Shown here one piece after another: positions 38,913 through 52,088 of a DNA stretch of 64,000 nt (positions are counted from its first letter, which is position 1; each line of letters begins with the position of its first letter). Origin of the DNA: Harriotta raleighana (taxonomy: Eukaryota). The position numbers were made by a program, and so were the translations under genes. The DNA lies in NCBI GenBank assembly GCA_050575255.1, contig JBNZDD010013683.1, positions 3,155,928 to 3,219,927 on the forward strand, in the 5' to 3' direction. The notes under the pieces are model-generated. The model searched no databases. It was not told the DNA's origin and was given only the letters and a program-made list of their open reading frames with translations.

Positions 38913-41900
38913 GGGGGGAAGGGGAATGCAAGTTTGACACCGATTCATGTAGATGTACATAGATTCATTTACTTAATAAGAACAATAATTAGTATTGATC
39001 ATTACATTTGACATAGCACCTTTCACAGTGTATGGACATCCCAGAAAGCTTCACAGTGTTGTGACGATGTATTTTGTAAGCCACTATGTGCTATAGGTAT
39101 CTTTGGAGTTTCCTTTGTTCCATGGAAACTGATTTGGTTGCAATGTTTGGTTAAGATATTCTGCTCTCAATGAATCCCTGCATTAGCTGGAGCATCAAAC
39201 CTCCAGGCACATGCATGCTTGGTTAGGCAACAAGGTGTGGAGGTGTCTTTGTGGCAGTGATGGCTGCAGTGTTAGATTGTGTGTTCTGCTCATTGTTTAA
39301 TGAATATTTATCAGGATAATCAGATATCCACTGTACGATATTATATATATTTTAGCGCTAATAAAGCCATCTAATACAACAACTACAACAATTGCATTAA
39401 TGTAGTGCCTTCCACTCCGGACGGCATCTCAGGGTGCTGAAGCCACCTAAGTCATTTTGAGTCTATATTGGCGCATGCGATAAGTTATTCCAGGACGAGC
39501 TAACCACTAAGAGCTCTGGAAGCAATGTGGTAACACTGACAAATGTAAGGTTTCTATTTATTCTATTTGGAGGTGGCTGGCAGTCAGAAAAGAGGCAGTA
39601 ATTTAACTGAGGGCAACTGGCTTAATTGTGAAATAAATTAATTCCTTAACCTCATTATATCCTGCTGTTCCACAATATAATGCGCTGAATTTGTTTTTGT
39701 TTTTAGTAGTGTTTTGTTTTTGACGTTTTGTTTGTTTTTGTGACCACAGTAAGAACAGTATAATTTTGATATTAGGGCAATAAATCTGATGGTACCTCAG
39801 AACCTGTATGTGGATGTAAATCTTCATGTGAAAGCTGCTGTGGTGGTGGCAAGGTTTCTTTTCTTGCCATTTTAATACTCCAATTTATAGTTCGTCACCT
39901 CTGGGTGGATCAGATATTCTTGTTGTTTATGAGGTGATTCTTGGAGTTGCTGGACAAACATTGTTCTCTTGCTGACCTGTGAGCTTTAGCAATTGAGTGA
40001 TTTGCAATAAGGAAGGTTCATGCTTAATCTCGACGCTCACTGTTGGTCAAATTTGTTTCCCAAGCCTCAGTCAGTCTGTTCAACCGATTGGTTTGCTTCA
40101 GAGTGCTGATGTGCCAGAGCTTAGGATTGTATTGCTAGACGTACGATGCTGACCTTTTTACTGGATTCAAATAGTATTATCAGCTCCCCAAATGCTATGC
40201 TTTTTGTTATCAGCACTGTAGTTTTGAAATGTCATCAAAATATCATAAGTTTTAGTGGGTTGCGGTTGGTATTCTCTTCAGTTCTCTTGGGCCATCACGC
40301 AGAGCTGTGAGCTGCGCTATAGTTAGCTGCGCTTCCACATTAACGTGTCCTGAAGTTTACCATCTTGACGAATCAAATGCATTTCCCACATTTAATTGTC
40401 AAGGTGTCGAATGCTGACTGAGGGCTTTATTCAATGCGCAATTTGCAGAGCTGATTTCCTTTGAGATTATGTTGGGAGGAAATTAAACCATGGGCACAGG
40501 CATTCGGGACTGATGCCAACTAAACAGAACCAAGCATTCAATACTGTGATATCTGCCTCATAATGAAACAAATAGCAGAAGGGAAACAACTACGAGCTCC
40601 ACAGATACTCAGCCAACAAAGCAATTCATAATTCAACCTGAGATGGACTGGCTATTGGGGCAACTTCCCGAGTGCCCTAGCGAATGGTTCCTGAGTTCCT
40701 TCGTGAAAATGGCTCTCGGTTCTCTCGTAAAATACCGAGGAGCCATATGGCTAGAGCCAGAGAGAGCTTCTGCTACCAGCCATTCCCCACCTCAATAAAT
40801 TCAATGAAGCTTGAGCTGTCTTCCCAATGTGAAAGGTGCTATGTCAGTTGCAAGAACTATTATGGTTATCATTATTATTTATTATTAGTATTATGAATAC
40901 CTGGCTTGACGCACAATGCTTTCTCTGGCTTCCTACAAATCTCAGAAAACCACTGTACACCAATGCTCCCTTCGGGAGTGAGCGAGGTGGTGTTCTGAGC
41001 TATACGCAATTGTGTGCAGTCACTGTAACGTGGCTGACATGAGTCAACACACCATTATTCAATGCTCTTCACTTTACAGGAGCTAAAGTGCGGTCAATAT
41101 CTGCTTTCAATTGGAACAAGAGAATTGTTTTTGGAGAGTAGTATTACGATAATCAGAAAACACATAAATGAAGGTTGATCTCTAACCTATTGAGACTTAA
41201 ATAATTTTGTAATCCAATAGCACGGTTTAACAATCAGGATACGATGCACTAAATATTTATAGCAGTGTACTTAGTAGAATATACCCAGTGTTTTACACCA
41301 TTCTAAATACCCAAAGGTGGTGGCTGTTAATCATTTTACATAAACTGTATTGTATTTCTTCAGCAGCTCAGAAAAGATTAGACCATATTTATATAACATT
41401 GATTTTTATTTCCCCTCAAAAGAGTTGCAAGAATTAAAAACTCTTTATATCAGGAATAACATGAACTGCTTGTCATAAATATTGCACATTTCATATACTT
41501 TCCTCTAACGGACAGCAATGAATTGATTTTAATTCTCAGACCAACATCGAATTAAACTGCTGAGAAATGGGTGCTTTAATAATTCAATTTGTATTCCGCT
41601 CAAGAAACATTAATTTCCATTAAATCAGCCATTGGAAAGGGAAACCTAACAGACAATTACAGTCCCCCTTACAGTCCCTTGCTTCACTATTCTAATGAAA
41701 CAGTGTTTAAATTGCATTGTATTTGTTTGGTACAGTGATGGTCATATTTTGGTCATATTTTGATCACTGTTCTCCATAACGATCCTTCAACAGGTTAGAC
41801 TTCTCCAGGGTGGAGGAGATAGGGTTGAAGGGTTGTCTCAACAATATTTGTGTGTGTCTCCCTCCTCACTTTGCACATCCCCTAGCAAAAGTGACTCAAG

Positions 41901-43410
41901 ATCATTTGTGGGCTTCTTTGCTGAAGGAACGCAACAAGAGAACCGGGACGAGTTCAAGTAAAACCGATCACGGCTATGCATCTAATATTAAAAAAAAAAT
42001 CTGTGATCTCGTTGTTGCTAGTAATGTACTAAATTTTATGGAAAGAATTCTGAAGGCATCACGCCTAGATAGATTTGCTGAGTCTAACATTTTCTGCCTC
42101 ATCAAATTCACAAAGTGTGCATGAGGCACGCTGCTAGCAAACAATGATGAGAAACCTAGAATATAACCAAAAAAAATGCTGATGGTGTGTGAGGCTTTGT
42201 GGCTCAAACGATAACGTAAACTAGGTTTGCAAAATTATTTCTGAGAAGCGGGGAGTAGGGGAAGATTAGGGAATTGAGGACAATAGCCCTCCATTTCTAT
42301 AATTTTAGTAAGGTTGGTGATAGTAGAAGCAATGGAGAAATGCAGAGCCCATTACCTGAAGCCGGAACACAATAAGAATATATGAAATCTTGTGAAAAGA
42401 TAAGCAAAATTACTTTTTCTACGTTTATAATCTTGAATTCTGTGCCAACCAAAAAAGATTTTTTTTTTTTAAATAAGATTTTTTGAGACAGTATAGAAAT
42501 AGTGTAATGATTTTAAACAACAACCACTTTGATTTATATAGCGCCCTCCATGCTGCACGGCGACTCAGAGCGCTTTAAACTCCTTTTAAAACCACTTGTC
42601 ATTCTGTTCTGCATTAACCTGAAGTTTTTATTGAGAATATCAGTACATTTGCCGGCGTCGATTCGATGGGTAGAAACTAGCCAGGAGGTACAATCCAATT
42701 TAATGTGCTAACTCATAACGTTGACAAGCTACTCTGCATAGCTACTTTGCGGGCTGGTTTATCAACTTTTTACCATGCTGTACATTTGTGAGTATTGGGG
42801 GTACGGTCCATTAGATTCATTAGAAAATCATTCCATTCTAATTGCTCTCGCTGTCATTTAGACCCAATATTAAATGAGACATGCTTGTTTGAAAGGATTA
42901 CTGCAATGTTAGCTTCCCTACATGGGTTCCAATATGTGTAGCTTCAATAACAAAAACATCAACAGCACTGTTGTTTTTGTTGTATCACTCACACAATCGT
43001 GCATCCAGGAAGGTTGACCGGTGTCATCAGTTCTTTGAGATCAATGCTGTGGTTACATTGCTTCACCACTCCCAAGATGTGGCTCCACAGAGTTGCCTTG
43101 GGCTCCCACTGCTATGGTAACTGTCCCATTTACATTACGGTTTCCCCAGCAACCAAACGAGAGAGAGAAAAAAAATAGTTTTGCTCTTATACCTTCTCAG
43201 CTGTCTCACTCTCTCTGCTCTGTATGAGATAGCAGAGTTACGATTGCCTTTGTACGCACCCCGGTCATTGTTGATACGGTACGTTTCTCCCAACACAGCC
43301 TCAGAAACAATCGCTTTTGGTGTGTCTAGGACTCTCTGGTTTCTGAGCGTCCACCTCTCCATTTCCCTCTGTACCCATTCTCCTTTGTGTTTGCTTCACT
43401 ACATGTATGT

Positions 43411-43815
43411 GGAGTCCTGTAGCCCAGTGGTCGGAGCACTCGCCTAACAGACGTGTGACCTATGTTCGAATCCAGGCAGGTCAGGCTGAAACTTTGGGCA
43501 AGTATCCTTACTCCTTACTCCAAACATGCCTAATAATAGTCCCTCCCCAAAAAAACCCACAATAATAAAAATTGGTCGTTTCAATCCACAACTGTTTGTG
43601 GGACACNTTCCACACAAACATGCCTAATAATAATCCCTCCCCAAAAAAAACACAATAATAAAAATTGGTCGTTTCAATCCACAACTGTTTGTGGGACACT
43701 GCTGTGCGCAATTGGCTGCGGGGTTTCGCCCACAAAATATACAGTCAATTCACTTTACAATCTATTCTGTGAAGCGCTTAGAGACATCTAGAAGACATGA
43801 ATGCAAGGATTATTA
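43411..43815 (+). mobile_element. Young tRNA-derived SINE, full length, with an n-flanked duplication
   Basis: Head ggagtcctgtagcccagtggtcggagcactcgcc; about 90 bp repeated across n43607. Confidence 0.9.
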
Positions 43816-44229
43816 TATTACAGTATTATAATTATAAATTATGTGCTGCCACTCCCCATCAAGGATCACCAGTGCAAATAGCTACTCTGGCAGGAGGCAA
43901 AGAGAATATTACAGTGACAAATCTCATATCCAACCTGACTTTCCAATCACTATCAACGATTGGCTGATTGATTTCTGATTTGCCACTTCCACTATTTTCA
44001 TCTCTCTGCTTGCTTCCAGTCATTTATTCCAGCAACACCGCCAGGCATTCAAACACCTTATAATTATTTCGTCTCTTTAGGTTAACCGCAATTTGAAGGA
44101 CACGAAAATAAATGCTGCACAAACCATTAATTCTGGCTATTATTTCAGGGCTATAATCATATAAAATTGATTATTTTGAGCCTTATGACTTGTCTTCAGA
44201 AAACATTTGCATATGGATCATTATGCCGT

Positions 44230-44345
44230 CCAGTCACTCAGTGTTTAGAGCACTCGCCTCACAAGCAAGAGACCTGGGTTCAATTTCTGGCAGGGTGAAA
44301 CGTTGAGCAAGTTTCCTTATTCCACACTCCTCTGTTTACCTCAAT
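44230..44345 (+). mobile_element. SINE head of the same family followed by a different sequence
   Basis: ctcagtgtttagagcactcgcctcacaagcaagagacctgggttcaa...gcaagtttccttattccacactcctctgtttacc; the usual tail is absent. Confidence 0.75.
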
Positions 44346-45869
44346 TGCAATAGACAGAGGTGGGATAGGGTGTCACGGAATGAGACACTGACAGCATTGA
44401 AAGTTTGGATGATATGATATCATCGGGGATAATTAGCACAACACACGTCTCATTTTTCACTCTGTGGATTTGATGCCAATTCAGGAAAACATTTGTCGGG
44501 CTTTTTATATGTAACAGAAATCTGGCACTGTTGCTTGATGATTATAACCAGCTAATCTCCAATCCCGTTCACGCTAGATACACCATTGGTCTAATTATGC
44601 CACACCAAATCTAGGAAAAAGCAAGTTGCATTTCTGTTCCTTTTATTACTTCTGGAATGCACTCCATCATGCCCCCCTCTTCATCTGTCTTTACATAGTA
44701 CCCTCAAACCTCCCCTCTTCCCCCTCCCTTCTACCTTGCTCAGCATCTAAACCTGTCCATTATCCAACATCCCACTTCGGTCATTATTGTTGACGTTGTT
44801 TCTCACCGAATGATGAAAAAACATATGATCTATAAACATAACCAGGAGATAATTGAAATTTAATTCCAGTGTGTTGATCTTACATTGTGAGAATTGCATT
44901 CCATTAAGTTGTGATCATTCTTCCTCTGATCCTCGTTAAAGGCACTTCCTTTCTTTGCAGTCTGGGAGATATCCTGGAACTGAAAGGTATGACGTTAAAA
45001 AAAGCAAAGAATTTTGTTTTGCATTGTGATTCACTCACATCAAGCGACCTCTTTGTGGTGGGGGAAATGGGAAATTAGAATACGCTTTGTAGACAGACAA
45101 AAATAAATATATTTGTATAGACTTTAAAGTATCGCTCGCTCTGTCAACAAATGTGATTAAGTTGCTTCGCTCCGAACATTTCAGCAACATGATCCCTTCC
45201 TTTGAACCAGTTGCTAAGCAAACCAGTTTTCTTTTCAAAAAAGTCAAGATTTCAGCACACGTACAACAGCGCAGCAGATGAAATTTACATGAGAAACCTG
45301 CAGGAAAACTTTGCAGAACTTGTAACTGAACACCGTGAGCAACTAAATGCTCGTTTAAAAAACGATGGCATTTTACCAGATGTTATAATTTACGCTGCCG
45401 TGAGATTGAAAATGGGACAGAAGTGGATCATTTGTCAGAAATTACTGTTCCGTGATCAAACCAGTTTCCACATTTAAAGGTTAGAGCCATAAAACCAACA
45501 GCTGCCAGGACTTTTAAAAGCTGGTGTATTTCTTTATGCTGCCTGGATTAATGTATGTGACAACACCGTCAAATACAAAATGAACAAGAATTATTCCTCT
45601 TGATAGGATCCAGCCTTTGAGCATTACCAGTTCAGTCGATGGCTTCTCTAAATTCTCTAGAGATAAAATGGTTTGCAATAGAGTTATTGTTTTATAGGTA
45701 GGTAGATGGCAGAAGCACAGAAAGTGATGTCTGTCAATGTAAGTGAACATTATTTGCTGCAAAATGTCGAGATAATTATCATCTTTACATTTGATATTGA
45801 ACCTATAATGTTAAAAACATCAAAATGCGCTTTGTGGGTACAGTAATTGCTGTCAAGTGTATTATTGGC

Positions 45870-46230
45870 TGTTCTGCACAGCGCAAGTTCCCACTATAAG
45901 AAGTGAATGGTCGATGATATGATGAATGATATCAAGTGAATTAGATTTCTATTTTAGAAGACTGTTGGGCAGAACACCAGGGACATCAGAAGAAACTTCT
46001 CTTTTTGAATAGGATCTTTAACATCCATCCGAACAGGCAGACTCGATTTAACATCTCATCCAAAGGACAGATAGTGTCATGAGATCGTCAATTCCCATCC
46101 AAACAGATGCTCGGTTCTTTGGTTTAATGGCTCACCTGAAGGACAACGATCTTATGAGGCAGCAGCAATCCAGTTGCTGGAGTGTCAGTCTAGATTATAA
46201 AACCAAACCGAGACTTGGAATTTAGAAAGT
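45870..46230 (-). mobile_element. Deu-domain SINE, decayed
   Basis: tgcacagcgcaagttcccac...ttgggcagaacaccaggga...ggatctttaacatccatcc...tttaacatctcatccaaagga. Confidence 0.65.
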
Positions 46231-47804
46231 TCTCATCCAGAGTTGAACGTTTGTCTATTACATCACCTGATTTATTTTCTATTACTTAGAGACTCTATTA
46301 CACAAAGGCATCTGAAGCATGAGGAAGCACGAGATAAATGTTTTTAAGCACTAACGTGTAGTCTATTAGTAACTTAGTAAATCATGTGCCATTTCCTAAC
46401 AAAAATGCTAGGGACTCTGAAGCTATAACAACTGCATGATGGGATTAAAAATAACTGCTTGAAGTCCCAATTCCAAATGCATCTGAAAATATTTAGAAGA
46501 TAACTGTTCAATAGAATTTTTTAAAAAAAGAGAACTCATATAATAGGTTTTAATTTACAGTACATTGGAGGCATGATTGAGTAGCAGATCATTGAGGTTT
46601 AGTGTATATCTTAATTTGGTTTCTGTGTGGAGATGATTATGTTATGAATAATAATAATGATAGGTGTATAGTGGTGTTAAATGTGGAAACATATATACTG
46701 TGTATATCTATTTTCACATTTAAAAAAAAATTATATTGAGCAGTTTTAGATGTATGGTGAAAAGAAGACAAGTGGTATAATAATTACAAAGCNTTTTTTG
46801 AAATGATATTGAGCAGTTTTAGATGTATGGTGAAAAGAAGACAAGTGGTATAATAATTACAAAGCTTCGCCGTTTGATCTCTTGCATTTTAATGGAGTCT
46901 TTATTCTAAACTGCAAACCTCTGCTCCTACTGCCAGGAGAATGTGCAGTGGTGTGTGAGTCACAAGAAGCAACGATCCAAATTGCGCTCCAGCAATTCCT
47001 CAGAAAGGCAGACAGGACAGGTAAACTGCTATTAGCATGAGGGAGACAAAACCCATTCAGCCAGGCAAGATACGCGACTCATAAGGCTGCATCAGCACTG
47101 TTTATCATGCCTGGAAAACAATGCTGTTTATTCGAGTGCAATTCACACTTTTACACTGCTATTTTTCATTAAACACTTGCTTGGATGAATGGATTATTGA
47201 ATTCCTTTGGGTCCAGTCCTGGAGCAATTGTACAAAGGTGGACTATTCATTTTCATTTTTTAAAAAATAAGTGCTTTATTTCAGGGATATGTGTGCCTGA
47301 CTAAATTTATACCCACGGATTCCGTTGTGTTTGATGAGATGTAGTTTAACCTTCAGGGAGATGCAGCTGCTTCAGTGGCTAGATTTCAAACCTCTGATTT
47401 AATACTTTTTTTTCATAACGCACAAATTAAAGTGCTCCAGTAAAATGTCACATTTGCATTGCATGAAACCTTTAACAAAACGGGCACTCGCAGGAATTTG
47501 GGGTTTCATTTACTTTCTGGTGATTTTTTGCCAGAGATGAGGCCTTCAATTATTAATGGTTCAGTTACACACCATCAGTGTCTGGGGATTTCTGGGAATT
47601 GGATAACTTGAGTGTTGGTTCAGAAGGTTCTATTTCAAAAGGGAATTAGACGTGTACAAAGTAATGACGAGAGGAAAATGGGAAAACGTTTTACACATGA
47701 GCATTTTTCTAGGCTTTCCAAGGCTGGGTTTTAAAATTCAAAACAAAATGTGACCCTGAATTTTCATTTCACACTCGCTCCCACTTCCTGGTAGCTACTG
47801 TCTA

Positions 47805-48152
47805 TCTTTCAGATGAGGTGTTAAAACCAATGTCTATATGTCTTATCATTGACGTTATATTCCGTGGCTCTATTTGAAAAGGGAATTGAGTTACACAATA
47901 CAATTTATAGTTATATATGGCCTTTCATGTCGGGAGGACATCTCAGTACAATTGAACAACTGGCCAACAATCCCCCAAATAAAATCGGTTACTCAAGCCG
48001 TCACAGACTGCTTGTGGGCTATTTCTGTGCACAAATTGGCTGAGGTGTTTTTGTCTATAATTATCTGGTCAATACACCGTACAGAAAATTGGTGAAACAC
48101 TTGGGAGTTGTTCTCATGATTTGAGTTGTTGTATCACAGCAAAGGATTATTC
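47805..48152 (+). mobile_element. Deu-domain SINE interrupted by an antisense L2-type tail
   Basis: ctttcagatgaggtgttaaaacc...[47895-47950 insert]...ctggccaacaatccc...tgtgcacaaattggctg...gcaaaggattatt. Confidence 0.6.
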
Positions 48153-48405
48153 TTATGACATGCACCATTATAAATAAATACATTACTATTTCCATTTGTG
48201 CCAACATGGCAATTTGTAGTCACTTCAGAATATTGGTGCATCTGCACCTGCAATGCTCACCAATTGAAATGAGTTTAAATGATTCTTCACATGAGCATTC
48301 GAGTCAAGAACTAATACATTATGCACATGTTAAACGAACAATATTTGGTGTCTTATTCAAATGTCGAAAATTCTGTGGTGCAAAAAAAAAATCACGACCC
48401 ATTTC

Positions 48406-48470
48406 ATAGAATCATAGAATCTCACAGCACAGATGGAGGCTATTCATCGTGCCTGGGCTGGCTCTTTGAA
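48406..48470 (-). mobile_element. CR1-type 3' tail, (TTCTATGA)n variant
   Basis: catagaatcatagaatctcacagcacagatggaggctattc; repeated at ~49039-49105 within the gap-flanking duplication. Confidence 0.55.
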
Positions 48471-48533
48471 TGATCTACCAAGTAGTTTGACTCACTCACT
48501 CTTGCCCCATAGCAAGACACTGTTCCAAAAAAA

Positions 48534-48738
48534 NNNNNNNNNNNNNNNNNNNNNNNNNNNNNNNNNNNNNNNNNNNNNNNNNNNNNNNNNNNNNNNNNNN
48601 NNNNNNNNNNNNNNNNNNNNNNNNNNNNNNNNNNNNNNNNNNNNNNNNNNNNNNNNNNNNNNNNNNNNNNNNNNNNNNNNNNNNNNNNNNNNNNNNNNNN
48701 NNNNNNNNNNNNNNNNNNNNNNNNNNNNNNNNNNNNNN
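48534..48738. other. Assembly gap (205 N) flanked by a near-identical ~430-bp duplication
   Basis: 48104-48533 is almost identical to 48739-49167. Confidence 0.95.
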
Positions 48739-51422
48739 GGAGTTGTTCTCATGATTTGAGTTGTTGTATCACAGCAAAGGATTATTCTTATGACATGCAC
48801 CATTATAAATAAATACATTACTATTTCCATTTGTGCCAACATGGCAATTTGTAGTCACTTCAGAATATTGGTGCATCTGCACCTGCAATGCTCACCAATT
48901 GAAATGAGTTTAAATGATTCTTCACATGAGCATTCGAGTCAAGAACTAATACATTATGCACATGTTAAACGAACAATATTTGGTGTCTTATTCAAATGTC
49001 GAAAATTCTGTGGTGCAAAAAAAAATCACGACCCATTTCATAGAATCATAGAATCTCACAGCACAGATGGAGACTATTCATCGTGCCTGGGCTGGCTCTT
49101 TGAATGATCTACCAAGTAGTTTGACTCACTCACTCTTGCCCCATAGCAAGACACTGTTCCAAAAAAACCAAAAATACATTTTTTGAAAGAACAACCTTAT
49201 GAAATCTGAACGTTTAAACAGCAATTCAATGTTTTAATTACCTTCTCTTTGAAACACAGCACAGTGGCGTGTCTCCCAATCATACATTTGTTGACTTTTA
49301 CATGAACCCTTTCCTACCTTTCGAGAATTCCTTGATTGTAAATTGCTAGTTGTCTAAATTGCTAGGTGAGTTTGCAGCAGCAGCAACAACAAAATTACAC
49401 TTGTATAGCAGAGTTTCCTTTAACCTATGACTTCAGCACAAAACATTAATTTTGGGTTGCCTTTCACATGCGGTAAATACTGCCCAAAAAGAAGCCAAGT
49501 CCAATGTGTGGTGAAATGAACCTGATAAGGAAAATGAACGGGTGGATTTCATTATATAAAGGGCTAATCCCCCAACTAATAGAGCAATCTAAGCTCTGTG
49601 CCTACACTTTCTTCTCTGAAACAATTATTTCGAGCATTGCCTACATTTATATTGTCAACTAGAGAGCTTGCACTGCAACGCATTCAGATGAGTTCAAACC
49701 AACTATTAATCAGATAATGGAACTGCCACATTGTTTTGGTTGGGTGTGTGGGGTGAAGGGAGGCATAGCTAGGCTCTTCAGCTGTGGTCTCTGAGGTACC
49801 TTGGTTAGTCAATGCAATGCATCAACTGCCAGTACCTTGGTCATTAGAATTCTTTTTTAAACCAGTTCTGTAAAAACGTCAAAAACACTACAGCAGCAAA
49901 AACCCAGCCATTTCTGTCTCGTTTTGATCTTGGTTGAACGATGGCTTCTTCTTATTTAAAGCTACTTTCCTTTTTTTTTTATTTGCCGGATTGTGACATT
50001 GCTTGATGTTGGGTTAATGATGTGGAAAAGATCACCTGACTGCATCTAGTTGAAACCTAACTCCAGTTATTATACGTCTGTGCTGGTGAAAAGGTTAATA
50101 CAGCAACATTTTCTACACCGCAGACTCTTAAACTGCAACGCTGATCTAAATTAAAAATAGTTATCAAATTTTATTCCTGAAACAAATGGAAGTGGATGAA
50201 GACAATCACTTGTTGCCTCTCAATTGATTGCAACTGAGGACATTCAGATTGATTGAAAATCTCAACAGGCCACATATTTAGTTACAAACAAGTGTGACGT
50301 TGCTAATTTCTTGACAATATACTGTATGCAAGTGCTAAGAAGGAAGCCTGGATTCAACAAGAGATAATACAATCATCTCTGTATAGTTGTGTTTGATCAG
50401 GAGTGACCTACTGCCTGGAAATTAGGGCCCAGATTGAGCCACTCAAAAATGCTACAAGAGCAGCTGACACCTTGGCTCAGCTGCAGATCTGTTTGGTGTG
50501 GGTTTTGGAGTTCTCGATCAACAGAGAAAATTGCTTTTTTGGAACTAAGGTGATTGAATTCTAGCTGCTTCTTGTCCTGACTTGAACCAACCATGTTTGG
50601 GTGGGTTTGACACCCCTAACGTTATGTAGAGCTTTCAGAACAATTGCCCTCTTTTCAATTAAGTACGCAGCAACAGAGGGGGATGTGTGAATTACATGCG
50701 CAAGCAAATTATTCCTTATTTCAGCAATGGAAGCGACGCTGAAGAAAAATGGAAGGAAAACTCAAAATGTGCACATTTTGGAAAATACACAAATCCCTGT
50801 GTGTATCAATTGTGCTATTGCGGTATTAGTATTATTATTAGATTCATTCTCTTCACACAAAAAACATTTCTGTCAAAATGAGGGAAGACCAAATCATGCA
50901 GAGTAATTCCATTCTAGCGAATGATCTCAGCCATTGTTGCTTGGGGGGAGATCGGGGAATCAGAAATAAACTGCACAGTGTGTATCAAATCCAATTTTGT
51001 TTGTCATCCATTCCCACTAATTCGACATTTTGAACCAAACATGAATATAATTGAATATAACTTGGCATATAAACGGCAATACCATCCATTAATTGTGTCA
51101 CTAGAGTCCTCCATGGCTGTGTGGTTGGCACACCATTAACTTCTCACTCCCTCTTGAGATAGCTATGAGCCACAGCCAGGTCACAGGTGCACGCTGGTCT
51201 GTGTGTTCTTCTGGTAAAGAATATTTAAATATAACTTGTGTAAAGTATATGGCCAACATATTTGCGTGCAGTAAAGTCAGTGGCCAGTGCAGTAAAAAAA
51301 ACACAATAGACACCCTTGAACATAACAATACAAGAGTCTCTTTAACATCTCATCCATACATGCAACATTTTTTTTTTCTCTTTTCATCCAAAATGTCATA
51401 TGCAGCTGCACACACACTTTAC

Positions 51423-51538
51423 CCTTGGGTGATGAGTCTGTCATTTCTTTCTTTGATGTGGCAGAAATTGAGGATGTGCAAGTTTGCTGCAGTCGATCAC
51501 ACGGAGGACAATTCAAGCTAATGTCTCCTAATGATTCA
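51423..51538 (-). CDS. Tentative divergent 3' LUZP2 exon (116 bp, phase 2-1)
   Basis: tatttacttcag|...ESLGDISLNCPPCDRLQQTCTSSISATSKKEMTDSSPK G|gtaaag. Open frame and plausible splice sites; LNCPPC weakly resembles recalled human LQMPPC. Homology not established. Confidence 0.25.
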
Positions 51539-51824
51539 CTGAAGTAAATACTGTACTAGGAATCACCGCTTTGTGCATCTTAAACGAAAGCTGCCCAAAG
51601 TTGCTTCCTAGATGATAAGCTCGAATTGCTTGTACATTAAATTTTAGAAATTAAACCACAGATCCTGTTGGAAAAGCCCAATCCCACTGAATGTAAAGAT
51701 GAACCATCGGATTTGCCAAATTCTCAGTTGATTTCTAACCAAAGGAAACTCCAGTGTGTTAATACATTATAGTTAAAACTCTATCAGGTGCTAATACATT
51801 TAATTATTTGGTATATCCCATTTA

Positions 51825-52088
51825 TTGACGGGCGAGCCTTCAGCCCTCTGGAATTCCATCCCGCAATCAGTCTGCCTTGCCCTGTCCCTAGCCTTCTTCA
51901 AGTCCCACCTAAAGACCCTCCTCTTCGACGGTCCCATCGGTCACCCCAATTCCCCCTGTTTCCCTCCATGCTCCCCGTCCCTGACACTGACCCCAGCTCG
52001 GATCTGAAACAATGACTGTACAGCACCTTGGGATGTCCTCCTGACGTGAAAGGCACTGTACAAGTGTAATTTTGTTGTTGTTGTTGTT
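51825..52088 (+). mobile_element. L2-clade LINE 3' end
   Basis: GRAFS, then (frameshift) LWNSIPQSVCLALSLAFFKSHLKTLLFD, 3' UTR, and cagcaccttgggatgtcctcctgacgtgaaaggcactgtacaagtgtaatt(ttg)n. Confidence 0.85.

Noticed and set aside
45202-45477. 91-aa protein-like ORF
   Set aside because: TTG start, no recognisable family and no convincing splice sites.
48155-49107. Tandemly duplicated small gene (MTCTIINKY...)
   Set aside because: The two copies flank the N gap and are nearly identical, so probably an assembly overlap.
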